Part shown: in pieces, positions 26,800 through 40,790 of the stretch | Layout of the letters: every line of letters starts with the position of its first letter | Position numbering within the stretch: the first letter of the stretch is position 1 | NCBI GenBank assembly: GCA_964016885.1 | Contig: OZ024740.1 | Location: 262,632,001 to 262,696,000, forward strand | DNA length: 64,000 bases | Source: Eledone cirrhosa | Taxonomy: Eukaryota | Reading direction: 5' to 3' | Notes under the pieces: generated by a model | The model's input: the letters and a program-made list of their open reading frames with translations, nothing else | What the model was told of the DNA's origin: nothing | The model's database searches: none | Position numbers and translations under genes: made by a program

Positions 26800-27573
26800 C
26801 AATGTGGGTAATATTAAAACTTATCCAATTACAAGTATGAAAATAGCTCAATGTAAAATAACAAGTATATTACAGTGCCGAAATACTTTATAAACAACAA
26901 TGAAAGAGTGTTTTAGCACATTTAATCACTTACGATCGTTTCATCCGAGCACAAGGTGAAGATACTCGGAGTATATAGTAAAGGTTAAAACACAAATAAG
27001 CTTTTCAAAGAACATTTTGAGGAGACATAATATGGCAAGTAAGCATAAGTATTCGTATAAGAGAAGATAGCAAAGGTGGAAGAAGCATATGAAAAATATG
27101 AACATACACATGAAAAAATGAAATTAGGGGCTGCTGAAAGCATAAAACAAAATACCCAAGATGCCCTGTACGACTCTATAACGCTGCTATGACTCCACCG
27201 GGAGTTTATATATATATATAGTGAGAGAGGGGAGAGAGAGAGAGAAAGAGAAAGAGCGAGAGAAATTCACAGTTCCTAAACCGAAGCAAAGATCGATTTA
27301 AGTAATTAATTATCGATTACTCTCTATTGATTTTGTTAAAGCCACGGCAGATGCGAAACTAATAATCAGAAGAATGATCTTTGGATCATACTTTTATATT
27401 TTTCGGTTTCCGAGAGTTAGCCAAACCAATATACAACATGGTGCGAGAATGTTCAAACTGTGGCAGCTTATTCAGATACGACTGGACGTCGTAACCACTA
27501 GAAGTTCTAGTCACAGTATAATCAGTTGAACAAATACAGAATTTGAAGCACTTATATACTAATTTAAGGTATC

Positions 27574-27756
27574 ATAATTGTTTCGACTTTAGGCAAAAGG
27601 CCAGCAATTACCCAGGACATTACTGGTACTTTATTTTATCGACCCCGTAAGGCAAAGTTAACCTCGGCGGGATTTGAACTCAGACTGTAAAGGGACGTAA
27701 CTATGCCAGAAAGCATGGCGTCCAACCCTCTACCGATACTGCCAATTCATTGCCCT
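27574..27756 (-). mobile_element. SINE copy
   Basis: Matches 39-228 family. Confidence 0.88.
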
Positions 27757-27854
27757 TTAAGGTATCATAATATATATAGTACATATATGTATAAGTCTTT
27801 GCGCACACACGCACACACAGAACATACACACACACACACACACGCACACACACA

Positions 27855-27935
<81 letters not shown>

Positions 27936-29939
27936 GTGTGTGTGCGTGTGTGTACATAAATTGATAAAGGGATATCTATTTACGCATCCCTTTTCACTTT
28001 TGAAAGATTTGTTTGTAAGAATCAAGCCATTATTTGTGTTCACTTTTCCCCTTTTCATACATGCCACACGGACAAAAATGTATATCACCCAACATTTACT
28101 TTTCTCTGGCCAGTTTTCTCCATTTATTATTTCTTGTCTTTATTGTACCCTACATAATCCACCTCATAATTGTCTTACCTTTCGCCATTACCATCGTTAT
28201 CTGCCTTATTATCAGCACTACCTTATTTTAAGTAAATTGCTTACTTCATCGCTAGTATATAATGTCGCTAATATATAAATGTATTCTTTGATACCGAAAC
28301 AATCAGTGTAATCTAGGCTTTTGTTTGTTATTTTATATATTTCTATTCAAGTGACATGCATCAGGCTTTAGTTAAAAGTATCTACCACATAATTACTCGA
28401 TATCGTCAAAACCATCGGCAAAATGGTTGGTTATGTAGAACCCTAAACACAATATCGAAATTATTGTTGTATTCTTTTTTTTTTTGCCCGTTTCCCATTG
28501 GTTATTTTGTGAGAGAAACAGACGCCACACAAATAATGTAAAAGAAAGCGATACAATACAGAAGAAAGAACATATTGATACTATACACTTTTCGAACCTT
28601 TACAAAATATACTTATGTAGAAATTGACGCAACTTTTTCATTATTACTGAAGAAGAAATTTAGCAGATCTGTTAATGATTTCATTTATATTAAACATATA
28701 CATGGAGTAATGCACACATACACGCATGCATATATATATATATATATATTAACATTATTATTATCATTATTATAACATTTTTTTTTATTTAATAACAATC
28801 TTGTATATATCTCATTACTTTTGTACTTATAGGTGATATATAGAAATAGAAATATCTATTACATATATATAGATATATGTGTGTGCGTACGTGCGCACAA
28901 ACACTCACATTTACCCACACATATTCATTATATATGGCTGAATAAAGACGCGAACACGTAGGAAAAATAGCGAATATATGAATGCATGTATATGTATGTG
29001 TGTTTGTGATTGTGTTCATGTGTCTGTTCTTAAGATAATAATATTGTTTTTGTTTCCTGTTGATGACTCTGTTACTGTAGTTTTCCTATAGTATTGTATT
29101 GTCATTATCATTAGCCTCGATTATGGTGGAAATATTGCATGAGGCGAGTCTTGGTAGGAAAAAAAATCCCAAAGTGATATTCGCAATGAATATTGTAAAA
29201 AAAAATAAATCACAATAAAATAAAAATGAGCGTATAATTGCAGTAAAAAAACAAACAAAAACATTGTCATATACTAGTGATTGTAGCCAGTAACAGAACT
29301 ACAGAGAACCGTTGTATTCCCTCTCTTTTATCATCATCACCTCAAGCTCGGAGAAAAAAGAAAACCTAAAATGAAAAATACTGGAAAGTGCAAAGTAAAA
29401 TAAAGTTGGAAAAGAGGTAGGGAGGCAACAACAACAATAACAATATTAACAGTTACAACAAAAACAAATGAAAACAGAATAAACACAAAAGTAATGAAAT
29501 AAAAATAAACACAATATGAAAAATAAAATAACAATGCAGAGCAAATATGAGGAGTAATAAGCATTTACTATTTACTATATTGCTATAGAGATAGATACAA
29601 TGGCTGGTGTATTGTCTATTACCAAACACAAGTTTATTGCAGATCGTAGGAAAAGCAAACAAGATATCATCACATGAAACAAGAGAAACTAGGAAAACAA
29701 TGAGCAAACTATACTGTAGCAAGTACATATATATATATATATATATATATGAATGAATTTGTAGTTTCCTGGAAGCATTACACATGGTATAAAGAATTCA
29801 AAGATTGAAAGCCACGACAATGCGGGTTTGGACGGAGAATAACTAAATCGTAAGAAACGGCTTTTTTTTTTTACCTTAATTTATCCATATGTCCTGATAT
29901 TCGACATGATTATCTCTTCTTTGGAGGTAATAAAGGAAA

Positions 29940-30015
29940 TATTCAAGTGTCCGATCTGGCTTGCTATAACATGCTGGCCAACATTGCATAGCAAGCCACA
30001 TCGGACACTGGAATA
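29940..30015. ncRNA. Pre-miRNA-like hairpin (candidate)
   Basis: TATTCAAGTGTCCGATCTGGCTTGCTAT pairs with ATAGCAAGCCACATCGGACACTGGAATA (2 mismatches), ~20-nt loop; no other copy seen in the window. Confidence 0.4.
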
Positions 30016-30520
30016 AAAATAAACTCCATATGTAATCGTATACGTACCGGCGTGACATCTGTCTTGTCTTGGGCATGTTGAAACCTAATGAAGTACACAC
30101 TTCTTTAGTAATTTACGACACCATGCGTATATTCGAGAAAGGTCCAGATTCTAGCGGTTTTGTCGAATTTTACATTTATCAGGAGGCGGCCACCAGGCCT
30201 GCGTAGAGAGCACTGTAAGATGTGATATCTATTGTAGTGTTCATCGCAGTTTGTTTTCGGAAATTTACTCTGTTGGTTGCAGCTAAGCTATAACGACCAG
30301 CCAAGGCTGTAAGAGTTCTTTTCCTTCCCTATTCTCCCCCTTTTTATTATTTCTTTCATTTCTTTTTATCATTGAAAGGCACTTTGAAAATATGAAATGA
30401 ATAATAGTTTCCCCCATCTCATACTAGACATAAGTGTAATGCAATTGAGCTTTTTCTTTCTCTCTCAGTTTTTATACGCTGTACAATTTACCATAACATT
30501 TACAATGAGTATACAATAAT

Positions 30521-30706
30521 TGTTTCTAGTTTTGGCACAAGGCCATCAATTATCTCAGTGTATTATTGGTGCTTTATTTTATCGACCCCGTAAGGATGAA
30601 AAGCAACGCTAACCTCGACGGGATTTGAACACAGACCATAAAGGGCCATAACTCTGTGCTTCAAAGGATGGCGTCTGAACCTCTACCGATACTGCCAATC
30701 CACCGC
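30521..30706 (-). mobile_element. Full-length SINE with 18-bp TSD
   Basis: CAATGAGTATACAATAAT at 30503-30520 and 30707-30724. Confidence 0.92.
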
Positions 30707-30932
30707 CAATGAGTATACAATAATGACATATAAAGAGTAAAGCAAAGTCCGAGAGATAATCGATCTTAAAAGGTGTAGTTTCGCCACTAAATATCGTAAG
30801 CAAAACAGCACAACTCTACGGATTTCGATAATTTGCCACCTTGGATAAGAGTTTGCTGAATAATATAATTCCTGGCTTTCAGTGTCAACGATTATTGGCA
30901 ATGTTTCGCATTCCAAATTGAATAATATTATT

Positions 30933-31512
30933 CGGTGGATTGGCAGTATCGGTAGAGGGTCGGACGCCATGCTTTCAAGCATAGTTAAGTCCCTTTACGA
31001 TCTGAGTTCAAATCCCGCCGAGTTTGACTTTGCCTTTCATCCTTACGGGGTCGATAAAATAAAGTACCAGTAATGCACTGGGTAATTGCTGGCCTTGTGC
31101 CAACAAGTAGAAACAATTATTAAATTGATTGGCAGTATCGGTAGAGGGTCGGACGCCATGCTTTGACGTATAGAGTTACGGCCCTTGCCATTCTGAGTTC
31201 AAATCCCGCCGAGGTTAACTTTGACTTTCATCCTTACGAGGTCGATAAAATAAAGTACCAGTAATGCACTGAGTAATTGCTGGCCTTGTGCCAAAAGTAG
31301 AAACAATTATAAAATTATTAGGGTGTTGGATTGGCAGTATCGGTAGAGGGTTGGACGCTATGCTTTGCAGCATTAAGAGACGTCCCTTTACGGTCTGCGT
31401 CCAAATCTCGCTGCGGTTAAATTTACCTTTCATCCTTCGGGGTCGATAAAATAAAGCACCAGTAATGCACTGGGATAATTGCTGGCCTTGTGCCAAATGT
31501 AGAAACAATTAT
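30933..31512 (+). mobile_element. Three head-to-tail SINE copies
   Basis: Units ~30933-31120, 31126-31310, 31323-31512, each ATTGGCAGTATCGGTAGAGGG...GTAGAAACAATTAT. Confidence 0.92.
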
Positions 31513-32350
31513 TAAAAGAAAACCTGACACTGCCGGTTTCCAGTCACAACTTAAATCTGTCGACCTTGGCTGCAGTGACGCCAAGCGTCTGAACAGAATT
31601 ATTTTTTTTTTACGTTCGAGCGTGGCAAGTCACACGTATGGGCCGCCGCATTTGACAAAATATCTCTCGTCACTTCAGCCAGAAATCTTGGCGCTCCCGA
31701 TGCTAAAAACAGGAGCAGAAAATTACTGAATATGAACCGCTGACGGAAACATTTAATCCACAAAATGTCCTTATATTTCGTTAAATTTCGAAGAAGGCTT
31801 CGCATTTGACGAAAATACTTCATGAGGTAGACTGGCTGGTGTTCGGGGTAATGATTTTGCTTTCCACAGGGTATAGAGAAAAGGAATTATTCAACACAAC
31901 ATGTAGAATTTGTGTATTTCACTATATTAAGAAAAGATGTACATCACATGGTCTATAAACATAATTCATGGGAACAGACTTTTCACACACTGTCATGCTC
32001 GATCTCTTTAATAATTATGTAAAGTTACAAGTGTTTGTAGAAAACTCAGCCACTTGCACGCTAATGTTAAGAGTTGACTGTACTGTTCATCGAAGAACAG
32101 GAACACTCATCGAGGAAGCCAACGGGGATCCATTCAATATGTCATTTTTTCATCTAAATACACTCGCCATTCGAGAGTTAATTATGGTGGCTATGTATTA
32201 TTTGTGGTGAAGGGGCGCCATATTGACATACATGGTCCCTTCACTCCTAAAGGGGTTGTACGGGCACCGTATTGACATAAAGCACTCCTGGGGCATTTTT
32301 AAACATGGCGAAGCCTAATTCTCTCCATGTCTCAATACAGCAGATTTCTT

Positions 32351-32422
<72 letters not shown>

Positions 32423-32795
32423 GATGCGGGGGGGGGGGGAGATACAGAGGAAGAATCGACCCCAGTACTTGACTGGCAATATATTTAAGCAAAGTTGAAT
32501 GGATGAAAGGTAAAGATGATCTCTTTTGAGAGAGCGGGGAGACGAAACAAATAATCCAAAGCATTCAAACCGACATTTTAATGATTCTGCCACGTGGCTC
32601 ACTTGCTGACTAGATACAAATGTTCAATTCCTCAGTTGGAGATTCAGAGTTATATCCAATCTACTCATCCTTAAGATATCGAATAGACCAAATAAAATGT
32701 TATACTGACTTTTAAAATAATATTAATTTACTTTTGCCTTTTGATTCATGTCTACAGATAAAAATACTTTAATCATTTCTATTCACATACTCATA

Positions 32796-32912
32796 TCAGA
32801 GTTCAAATCTCGCCGAGGTTAACTTTGCCTTTCATCCTTACAGGGTCGCTAAAATAATGTACCAGTAATGTACTCGGCAATTGCTGGCCTTGTGCCTAAA
32901 TAGAAACAATTA
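32796..32912 (+). mobile_element. 5'-truncated SINE copy
   Basis: B box, core and tail of the main family. Confidence 0.85.
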
Positions 32913-33331
32913 TTTATACACATACACATATATTTGTTATATACACACACAAACTTATTAATATATATATATAAATATATAAATACAGATATACACATAC
33001 TTATACACTAAACACACACACTCATATATATATGTATGTATATATATATATATGTGTGCGTGTGCGTGTGTGTGTGTTTTGTGTATAAGTGTGTCGTCTG
33101 TATGTGCATTTATATATTTATTAAAATAACAGATTAAACAAAGAATCGCTGCTTTCACCCTTATTAATACTACTATATATATATAAAACCAAAGATTAAT
33201 ATGGTTCATTGATTACTCAATGAATATAGTTTTACAATAGATTAAAAGCACTCTACAAAGAAGTTTTCTGCAGTTATTAATATTATTCAAAATATTAATA
33301 AATTAAGACGTTCATACAATCAAAATATATG

Positions 33332-33393
33332 TTTTATTATATATATTTCGGAGGTACTGTCGTGTTTTTTCAGTACGTCCTCATAAGATAAAA
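33332..33393 (-). ncRNA. Hammerhead motif, one core substitution (second copy 59131-59192)
   Basis: TTTTAT-CTTATGA-GGAcGTACTG..CAGTACcTCC-GAA-ATATATAT-A-ATAAAA. The 59 kb copy has TTGATGA, so the two-copy consensus is canonical CTGATGA. Confidence 0.7.
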
Positions 33394-33669
33394 TATATGA
33401 ATTGATGTATGACATACCTTAACTGTCTTGATGACAGTTGAGGTATATCATACATCAATTCATATATTGACTTGGCAAGCTAATTAGAACACTGGATTAA
33501 CCACTTTACTTCCCTCCGAAGAAGAGATATTATCTCGAAAATTAAGTATATTTAGATAAATTTAAGGTAAAAGACTTATTGTCAACAATATCTTTTGCAT
33601 TTGCATTTATATTCTATATCCATACCTGCATTGTCTTGGCCATACAACTACAAACGTTTATATATATAT

Positions 33670-34821
33670 ATATATAACAGAGGATGTCTGTGTGTGTGTG
33701 TGTGTGTGTCTGTCTGTGTAAATCCCTAAAACTCGAGAAGTACCCAACCGATTTTTTTCAAACTTTACACATGCGTTATTTATATTTCTTGAAGTGCAAT
33801 GGGCTAAAACATTTTACCTATTTCTGCATTAGGCGAAAAACCGCCTTTTTAGGTTTTTTTGAGGCCTAACTTAAAGATAATCCAGCTGATTTACTCGAAA
33901 TTTGCAGCACACATTTATTAGTCTCCTCGCATTGCTCTGGACAGAGAAATTTCCGATTTCATTAATGGTTTCTAGGAAATTTACGAATTACCATTGGACA
34001 TTACATGCCATTTTTATTGTCAATATAAACGCTACTTAAACATCGTAAGTAGCGTATAATATTTCGTTAACAATTTGGTTTATTTAACAGAGGACACAAC
34101 ACTTACATACTTTTAAGCAGGACCATTTTCGGGGGATTGAGGAAATGAGGAGGACCCTAACGTTTTTGTCAGCGCCCTGTTGACGCTTCGTGCTTTCAGC
34201 AGGCGCAAATCCGGGCCCTGTGTACGTTGGCATGTTATTGACACCGTAAAACTCACGTCTGTGCTACTTCTACTAAGATCCCTTTTGTTTCACCTACACC
34301 GCAGTATAAACGCCTTGCACAAGTACGTCGAACAGCGGTTGTGCTAATTCCGCGGTGACCCCTTTTGTCGCACCTTTGTTGCTATGTAAACGCAATGAAA
34401 TCAGTGCCGCCCAGCGTTTGTGCTAATTGCACTATGACCGCCTTCTGCTGATGCTGCGTTACCAAGCTGATTTCGTCATTTCAATATCTCTACTTAAACG
34501 TACATCCCTATTTGGTTTTTACACAATGGACTACGCCTCTCCTTTAGACTGACGTGTGTTCCCCATCCGTGATGTAATTCTTGAACAGACTTACGAAATA
34601 CATCACCCCACAACACTTTCTTATTCCTTTCCCATACATAATTTGCGCAATCAGCTCACTGACACTGCGACTACTGGATTCGGCCTGCTAGTGTTCTACG
34701 TTTCCAGTAGATGAACAATCGTTCCTTGAGAATAAGGGAATTGAAGATGTACACATCTACATTCCTCAATCTTTGCATATGCGTGTTTCCTACCCCGTGC
34801 AACGCCGGTCCTGCTGCGAGT
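33670..34821 (+). mobile_element. Non-autonomous Helitron-like element
   Basis: 5' TATATAACAGAGGATGTCTG(TG)n...AACTCGAGAA...AACCGATTTTTTTCAAACTTT and 3' CCCGTGCAACGCCGG...GCGAGT (degenerate CTAGT end), as in invertebrate non-autonomous Helitrons. Confidence 0.6.
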
Positions 34822-34937
34822 ATATATATATATAAAGATTTTCGCTCTACATGGCTGATACAATAAATGTAATCTAAGCTTTTCGAATATTAATAAAAAT
34901 ATTCGATTCGTTCGCAATTCTGCAAACAACCTTTTCA

Positions 34938-35205
34938 AGCCATGTCAGTAGAATGAGCCCCTCATTCTTACTCTTGTGTTGGCATGTAAACAGAACTGCA
35001 GACACTAATGTTTCTGGGTATCACCCTTCATCAGTACAGCTCACTGTTCACCTGACAACTGTCAGAGCTAGTGAAAATATATGATATTTTCTAAAATATA
35101 CAGTGACTTATCGGCCTGATTTGTATAATAGCTGACTGGCTGATCAGTCAGGTGAATATGCCAACACAAGAGCATGAATGAGGGGCTCATTCTACTGACA
35201 TTGCT
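34938..35205. mobile_element. MITE with ~45-bp TIRs, probable TTAA target (Kolobok-like AG...CT ends)
   Basis: AGCCATGTCAGTAGAATGAGCCCCTCATTC...CTCTTGTGTTGGCAT mirrored at 35158-35205; flanks TTCA / TTAA. Confidence 0.7.
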
Positions 35206-35285
35206 TTAAAATAGAGGCTGTTTGCATCTGTTTCCATAATTGCAAACGAATCGAATATTATTATCAATAGTCGAAAAAAGTAGAT

Positions 35286-35362
<77 letters not shown>

Positions 35363-36061
35363 GTATATATATGTATATATATATATATATATGTATATGT
35401 ATACATATATATATATATGTATATGTATACATATATATATATATATGTATACATATATATATATGTATACATATATATATATGTATACATACATATATAT
35501 ATATATATCTATATATATATAAATGTAAGTATGTATACGTACATACATATATGTATACATACGTACAGTAGTATGTATATACATACATACATGCACACAT
35601 ATATATATATATATATGTACGTATGGGTTTACCAAACATTTATTATAATGCTCGGTTCGTTTGTAAACAAACAACCCGTATTAAGCCGTACAGTGTTCGG
35701 CAACCATCGTTGCCATTTTGTTCAACACTGACAAAGGAACGATGAACTAGTTTCTAGCTTCTTAGGTGTCATCAGCACCGTATACCTTCCTGTCAGATGA
35801 TTGAACGTTTATAACTAGCCGTTATAACACATTATTTATACAATTCTTACATAATATTCCACCAGCATTAAAGAATGAAGTGGGCTCTTGATATATACGG
35901 CAACACTCATCTTTTTCCATTTCTCCGACGGTTATAAACCCCACTATCAGGCTAGAAATGTCTTTAGTCTAAAATACGGTGAAAGCTTATAATTTTTAAT
36001 TTCTAATTTCAAACTCGCGCACCGTTTCAAAAACGTACTTACATGTTTACGTTTATAATTT

Positions 36062-36171
<110 letters not shown>

Positions 36172-36177
36172 CGCGCT

Positions 36178-36211
<34 letters not shown>

Positions 36212-36448
36212 CACACACATATATAACGATGAGTACTTCAGCAAACTATATCTAGAAAAGAACGATCGGTAAATTATCATGTATGAAATAATTTCTTTCA
36301 GCCGTATATTGGAAATTTAAACGTGCCGATAAAAAAATCAAACGAAACATTAGGAGCAACTTGAAATCTTAACTAGTTTTTCCTTATATAATGTGGCTTC
36401 TAGAGAATTTTCTAACGTTGGGAATGTTCTACTACGTATATATATATA

Positions 36449-36515
<67 letters not shown>

Positions 36516-36590
36516 AAATATCTATATATATACATCTATATATATATATATATATGTATAGATATAGATATTTATACATATATATATATA

Positions 36591-36952
36591 TAATAACTAG
36601 AAATTGATTATCATATAAATGTACGTGAATAATCACAGGAGATAATTTTTGCTCGCGTGTAACCACGTATAGCTAGTATAGGTAATATTTACCTTTGAAT
36701 TCATTCTGTAAGGACGAATAGCTGGACATTATTACACTTTCCTTGTTGACAATCCAATAATATCCACTTTCCGTGACTTACCATCTGATTAATTGGTGAA
36801 ATATATTTCTTTAATGGGATATATACAAGGAAGGTTAATCACTCTTAAAGGTAAATATTACCTATACTAGCTATGCGTGGTTACACGCGAGCAAAAATTA
36901 TTTCCTGTGATTATTCATTTATATTTATATGTTAATCAATTTCTAGTTATTA
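36591..36952. repeat. Inverted repeat element (~105-bp arms) at a (TA)n tract
   Basis: 36591-36697 is the reverse complement of 36846-36952. Confidence 0.9.
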
Positions 36953-37469
36953 TAATATGCTCGGATTTATCTTTGAGCTTAATTTCCAGGATATATGGCG
37001 CATGCATTATGACATGACACCCATAATTTCGATTTAGATTAAATTCATTTAATTTATTTTGTCTTAATTTTGGATTTAGATATATATATATATATATAAT
37101 CACAGTATATACATACATATTTATACATGTGGATGTGTATATATGCGCATAGAAATGTAAGTCTCTATGTATATAGGTAGTATGAAAGTACATATATATA
37201 TTTGTATGTGTGTGTGTGTGTGTGTGTGCCTGTGTCTATGAATGTATTTGTATATGAATACAAAGTAATAATGAAATAGATAAAATATGCTTATGTTTCC
37301 TAGTTTCTAAGACATGGATTTATGGCTAAACTTAATTAAATATACTTTGATCTACTCACCAGCTGCTGCAATTTTAGAAACACTTTCGAATGTCTACTTA
37401 TGTATCCCGACCTCGCCATTACATCTCTCACATTAGAAACGCGTTCTTCATACATGTCCTTTCAACATT

Positions 37470-38152
37470 ATGGATTGGCAGTATCGGTAGAGGGTCGGAC
37501 GCCATGCTTTGAAGCATAGAGTTACTTCCCTTTATGATCTGAGTTCAAATCTCGCCGAGGTCAACTTTGCCTTTCATCCTTACAGGGTCGATAAAAATGA
37601 AGTACCAGTAACACACTGGGATAATTGCTGGCCTTGTGCCAAAAGTAGAAACAATTATATATTTACACATGATCTTTACAAGATCGATATAATAAAGTAC
37701 CAGTAAGGCACTGGGGCAATTGTTGGCCTTGTGCCAAAAGTAGAAGAAACAATTATATATTTACACATGATCAATGGATTGGCAGTATCGGTAGAGCGTC
37801 GGACTCCATGCTTCGCAGCATAGAGTTACGGCCCTTTAACATCTGAGTTCAAATCCCGCCAAGTTTAACTTTGCCTTTCATCCTTATGGGGTCGATAAAA
37901 TGAAGTACTAGTAATGCATTGGGATAACTGCTGGCCTTGTGCCAAAAATAGAAACAATTATATATTTACACATGATTGGTGGATTGGCTGTATCGTTAGA
38001 GAGTCGGACGCCATGATTCGCAGCATGGAGTTACTGCCCTTTAAAGTCTGAGTTCAAATCGCGCCGAGGTTAACTTTGCCTTTCATCCTTACCGGGTCGA
38101 TAAAATAAAGTACCAGTAATGCACTGGCGTAATTGCTGGCCTTATGCCCAAA
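37470..38152 (+). mobile_element. Tandem SINE array (3 long units + 1 partial) with shared spacer
   Basis: Units at ~37470, 37681 (partial), 37774 and 37977, each followed by ATATTTACACATGAT or a variant. Confidence 0.9.
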
Positions 38153-38258
38153 ATATATTTATATTGACACATGTAAACTTTGTGTGAATACTTTTATTAC
38201 TTGCATAGGCTTTATTATTTAAAACATACATCACCCGCAGCTTAGATTTTAAAACTTC

Positions 38259-38297
<39 letters not shown>

Positions 38298-38304
<7 letters not shown>

Positions 38305-40200
38305 CAAAGAAAATGTGGTAAGGAACCAGATGGACCATAACGCACCAGAGTACTCAATACTTAGGGTAGTAGAGTGGGAAATAGGAAAAAGTATGACCCC
38401 GACGGCAGAGCTCAAGCCGTTTCGACGGCTATTTCTGGACTAAATTATAATTTTTAGCCTGGTGAATAAATAGCCGAACTTGTTAAGTGGTTTCTTCCTT
38501 ATATGGGAAGATTGTAGTTGTCAAGAGGATTGGTTAAAATTTGTTGTAAACACAAATAAGTCTATAATGGCATTTGGTGGGCGGTAGGGGTGGCTGAACT
38601 TGCCTGTAGAACAATAGGGGAGTAAGTGGGGCGGTCAAGCGTTGAAAGTGATATGTATACAGCAGATTCTAAGGATAGTGTTTGAAATGGAATGAGAGTA
38701 GGAGACAATAAAAGATAATAGAAAGAAATAAAAAATATATAAAATTAGATAGTGAGAAATGAATAAAAAAGAAAAATCACAATGCTATCTTACAGGTTAA
38801 TAAGTTGAGAATAGAAAAAAACTTGTAGAAATTCAGTAGTACCAAAACTGATACAAAAATAAAAGGGGTTTAACACGTCTGCTATAAGTAGTTAGTAAAA
38901 CGTATTCGGCCAATTCTATCTTAAAATTACAGGGCTGGTAGAACTGATACTACAGAGGCTCGATTGGCTGCATCGGGGTAAGCGAAAGGGGAAAAAGCAG
39001 AGAGGAAGAAAATAGGGATGGAAGGAAGTGATAGGATGAGACAGGGGGAAGAAGAAGACAATGAGGAAAAGAAAAGAAAAGAAAAGAAAAGAAAAGAGAT
39101 ACATCTACCTATGTAAGCTGGGGTTTCCCCTAACTTATTCGGCAATTATAGGGGGGGGGGATATCAGCCCTTGTCTACCCACCCGCGTCGTTATGGGGTT
39201 TGAAGGCGAGGTAAGTCCTGTGCAATCTGTGTTTGCATGCGGTTACCAGTTCGTCTTTCTTGTTTAGGTGTTGGTCCTTCGAAAACAGCATTTGTAATGT
39301 TTCCTCCGAACATAAGTTATACGGACAGCGTCCTCCCGTGTAAGAGCTAGCTCTGGACAGTAAACTCCAAGTGAGATTGTAGGTTATATTAGTATCTTGG
39401 AGGTACCAGATGTGGCCCGAAAGTATAGTGGCATGTCGCCGGGCCGGGTTTCGGAAAGTATGTCGGTGTTGGTAGAGCCGGGTCTTGAAGTCACACGCGG
39501 TTAATCCTATATAAGTTTTGTTGGCGGTGTCCGTCCTCACGTTTCACTGATAGATCACATTACGTTCTCGGCATTTGTTGTTGAGGGGGCACGTAGATCT
39601 ATCAGGGCAGTTACACCTCCTGGTCGGCTCTCCACTGATGTCTAGGTTATTTCTTTCATAGGAGTTGAGCTTTTTGTTGTTTGAAGAGACGATGTTTTGT
39701 GCGAAGTTAGGAGAGTTTGATGGTGTTTTTGTTGATTATGTTGTGGTAGCGGTGTTGTAGTGGGAAGTGTTTTTCGAGGAGTCTAAAGAAGATTTTCCCG
39801 ATAGGTGTTGCCACCTCGGCATTATGGGGAGGATTGAACCACGTTACGTTGCGTGAGCGGCGGTGTCGCCTGCTGGTTCCGCTAAGGGAAGCTGGATAAA
39901 AGGATATTTCCTCCCGGATGCCACTATGCTTGAGGGCCTGGTTGTAACGAGGCGCGTGTTCGTCGAATATCTGCTCATTAGCGGACAAACGAGATATGCG
40001 GAAGGAGATTTTTTCAACCAGGTTATTGGTGATGTTTCTAGGATGGTTAGAGCGGCGGTGTATGTAGTGCAGGTTGTCGTTTGGTTTTCTGTAGGGGTAG
40101 TACAGATCATTTTCGAGGTTAAGAGTAACGTCCAGGAAATTGACTCGGGTTAGGGACGTTTGTAGGGTGATTTTAAATCCCCAGTCCCGGAAGAAGTTGA
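38298..40200 (-). mobile_element. 5'-truncated Penelope-like element (WFNPP type) with 3' pseudo-LTR
   Basis: ORFs 39707-40330 (VNFLDVTLNL, YRKPND, SNHP, WFNPPH) and 39175-39540 (TYIGLT..FKTR, LNKKDELVTACKH). 38298-38700 matches 20352-20760. Confidence 0.9.
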
Positions 40201-40760
40201 TTAGGAGAAGAAGGCCGGGACGAATACCACAAAGTATTCTATCCGATGTTCGAACGATATATCTTATCAGCCCTCGGTGGATAAAAGATAAATTGACCCT
40301 CCCCATAGAAATCGTAACGAAATACCACAAAATATTTTGTCCTACATTCTATCGATACTGTCAACCCACCTACAACATGAAAATAAAAATAATGGTAGTC
40401 ATATTAGAATTCTATTTTAATTTTTGAACAATCATTCTGGTCAACTATCAAATCAAGAGTCAATCCAATGTGCGTAGCTTTTAAATTTAGACCAGTAATT
40501 ATCTTCTACGATGTGGCATTTGAAGAAATGATACAGGTGACATTCAGGATTCGTTATGAGAGGAAAACGAGACGCTCATCTTGCTGAAATATGGAGTAAT
40601 TGATCTTGTTTGCGTCAAAGGATTGAACATTGAATGGAAATACATTCATACGTCCCTCAAGAAATCTCATTGCATCGCATTTGGGGAAAGCTTCATTGAC
40701 ACTCAATATAACATTGAATCTCCCTGAGAATTGCGTTAATGGCGCGTTGTGTCTCGGAAA

Positions 40761-40790
40761 TGCTGCTGCTGCTACTACTACTACTAGTAG

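Noticed and set aside
29876-30100. 74-aa ORF / possible minus-strand exon ending at AAG-GTAA (29875)
   Set aside because: No recognisable domain, and stop codons occur shortly before the donor in all three frames.
33506-33548. CCGAAGA-A-GAGAT/ATCTC-GAAAATTA hammerhead-like motif
   Set aside because: Stem II is good, but the core is mutated and stem I is out of register; too weak to list as a feature.
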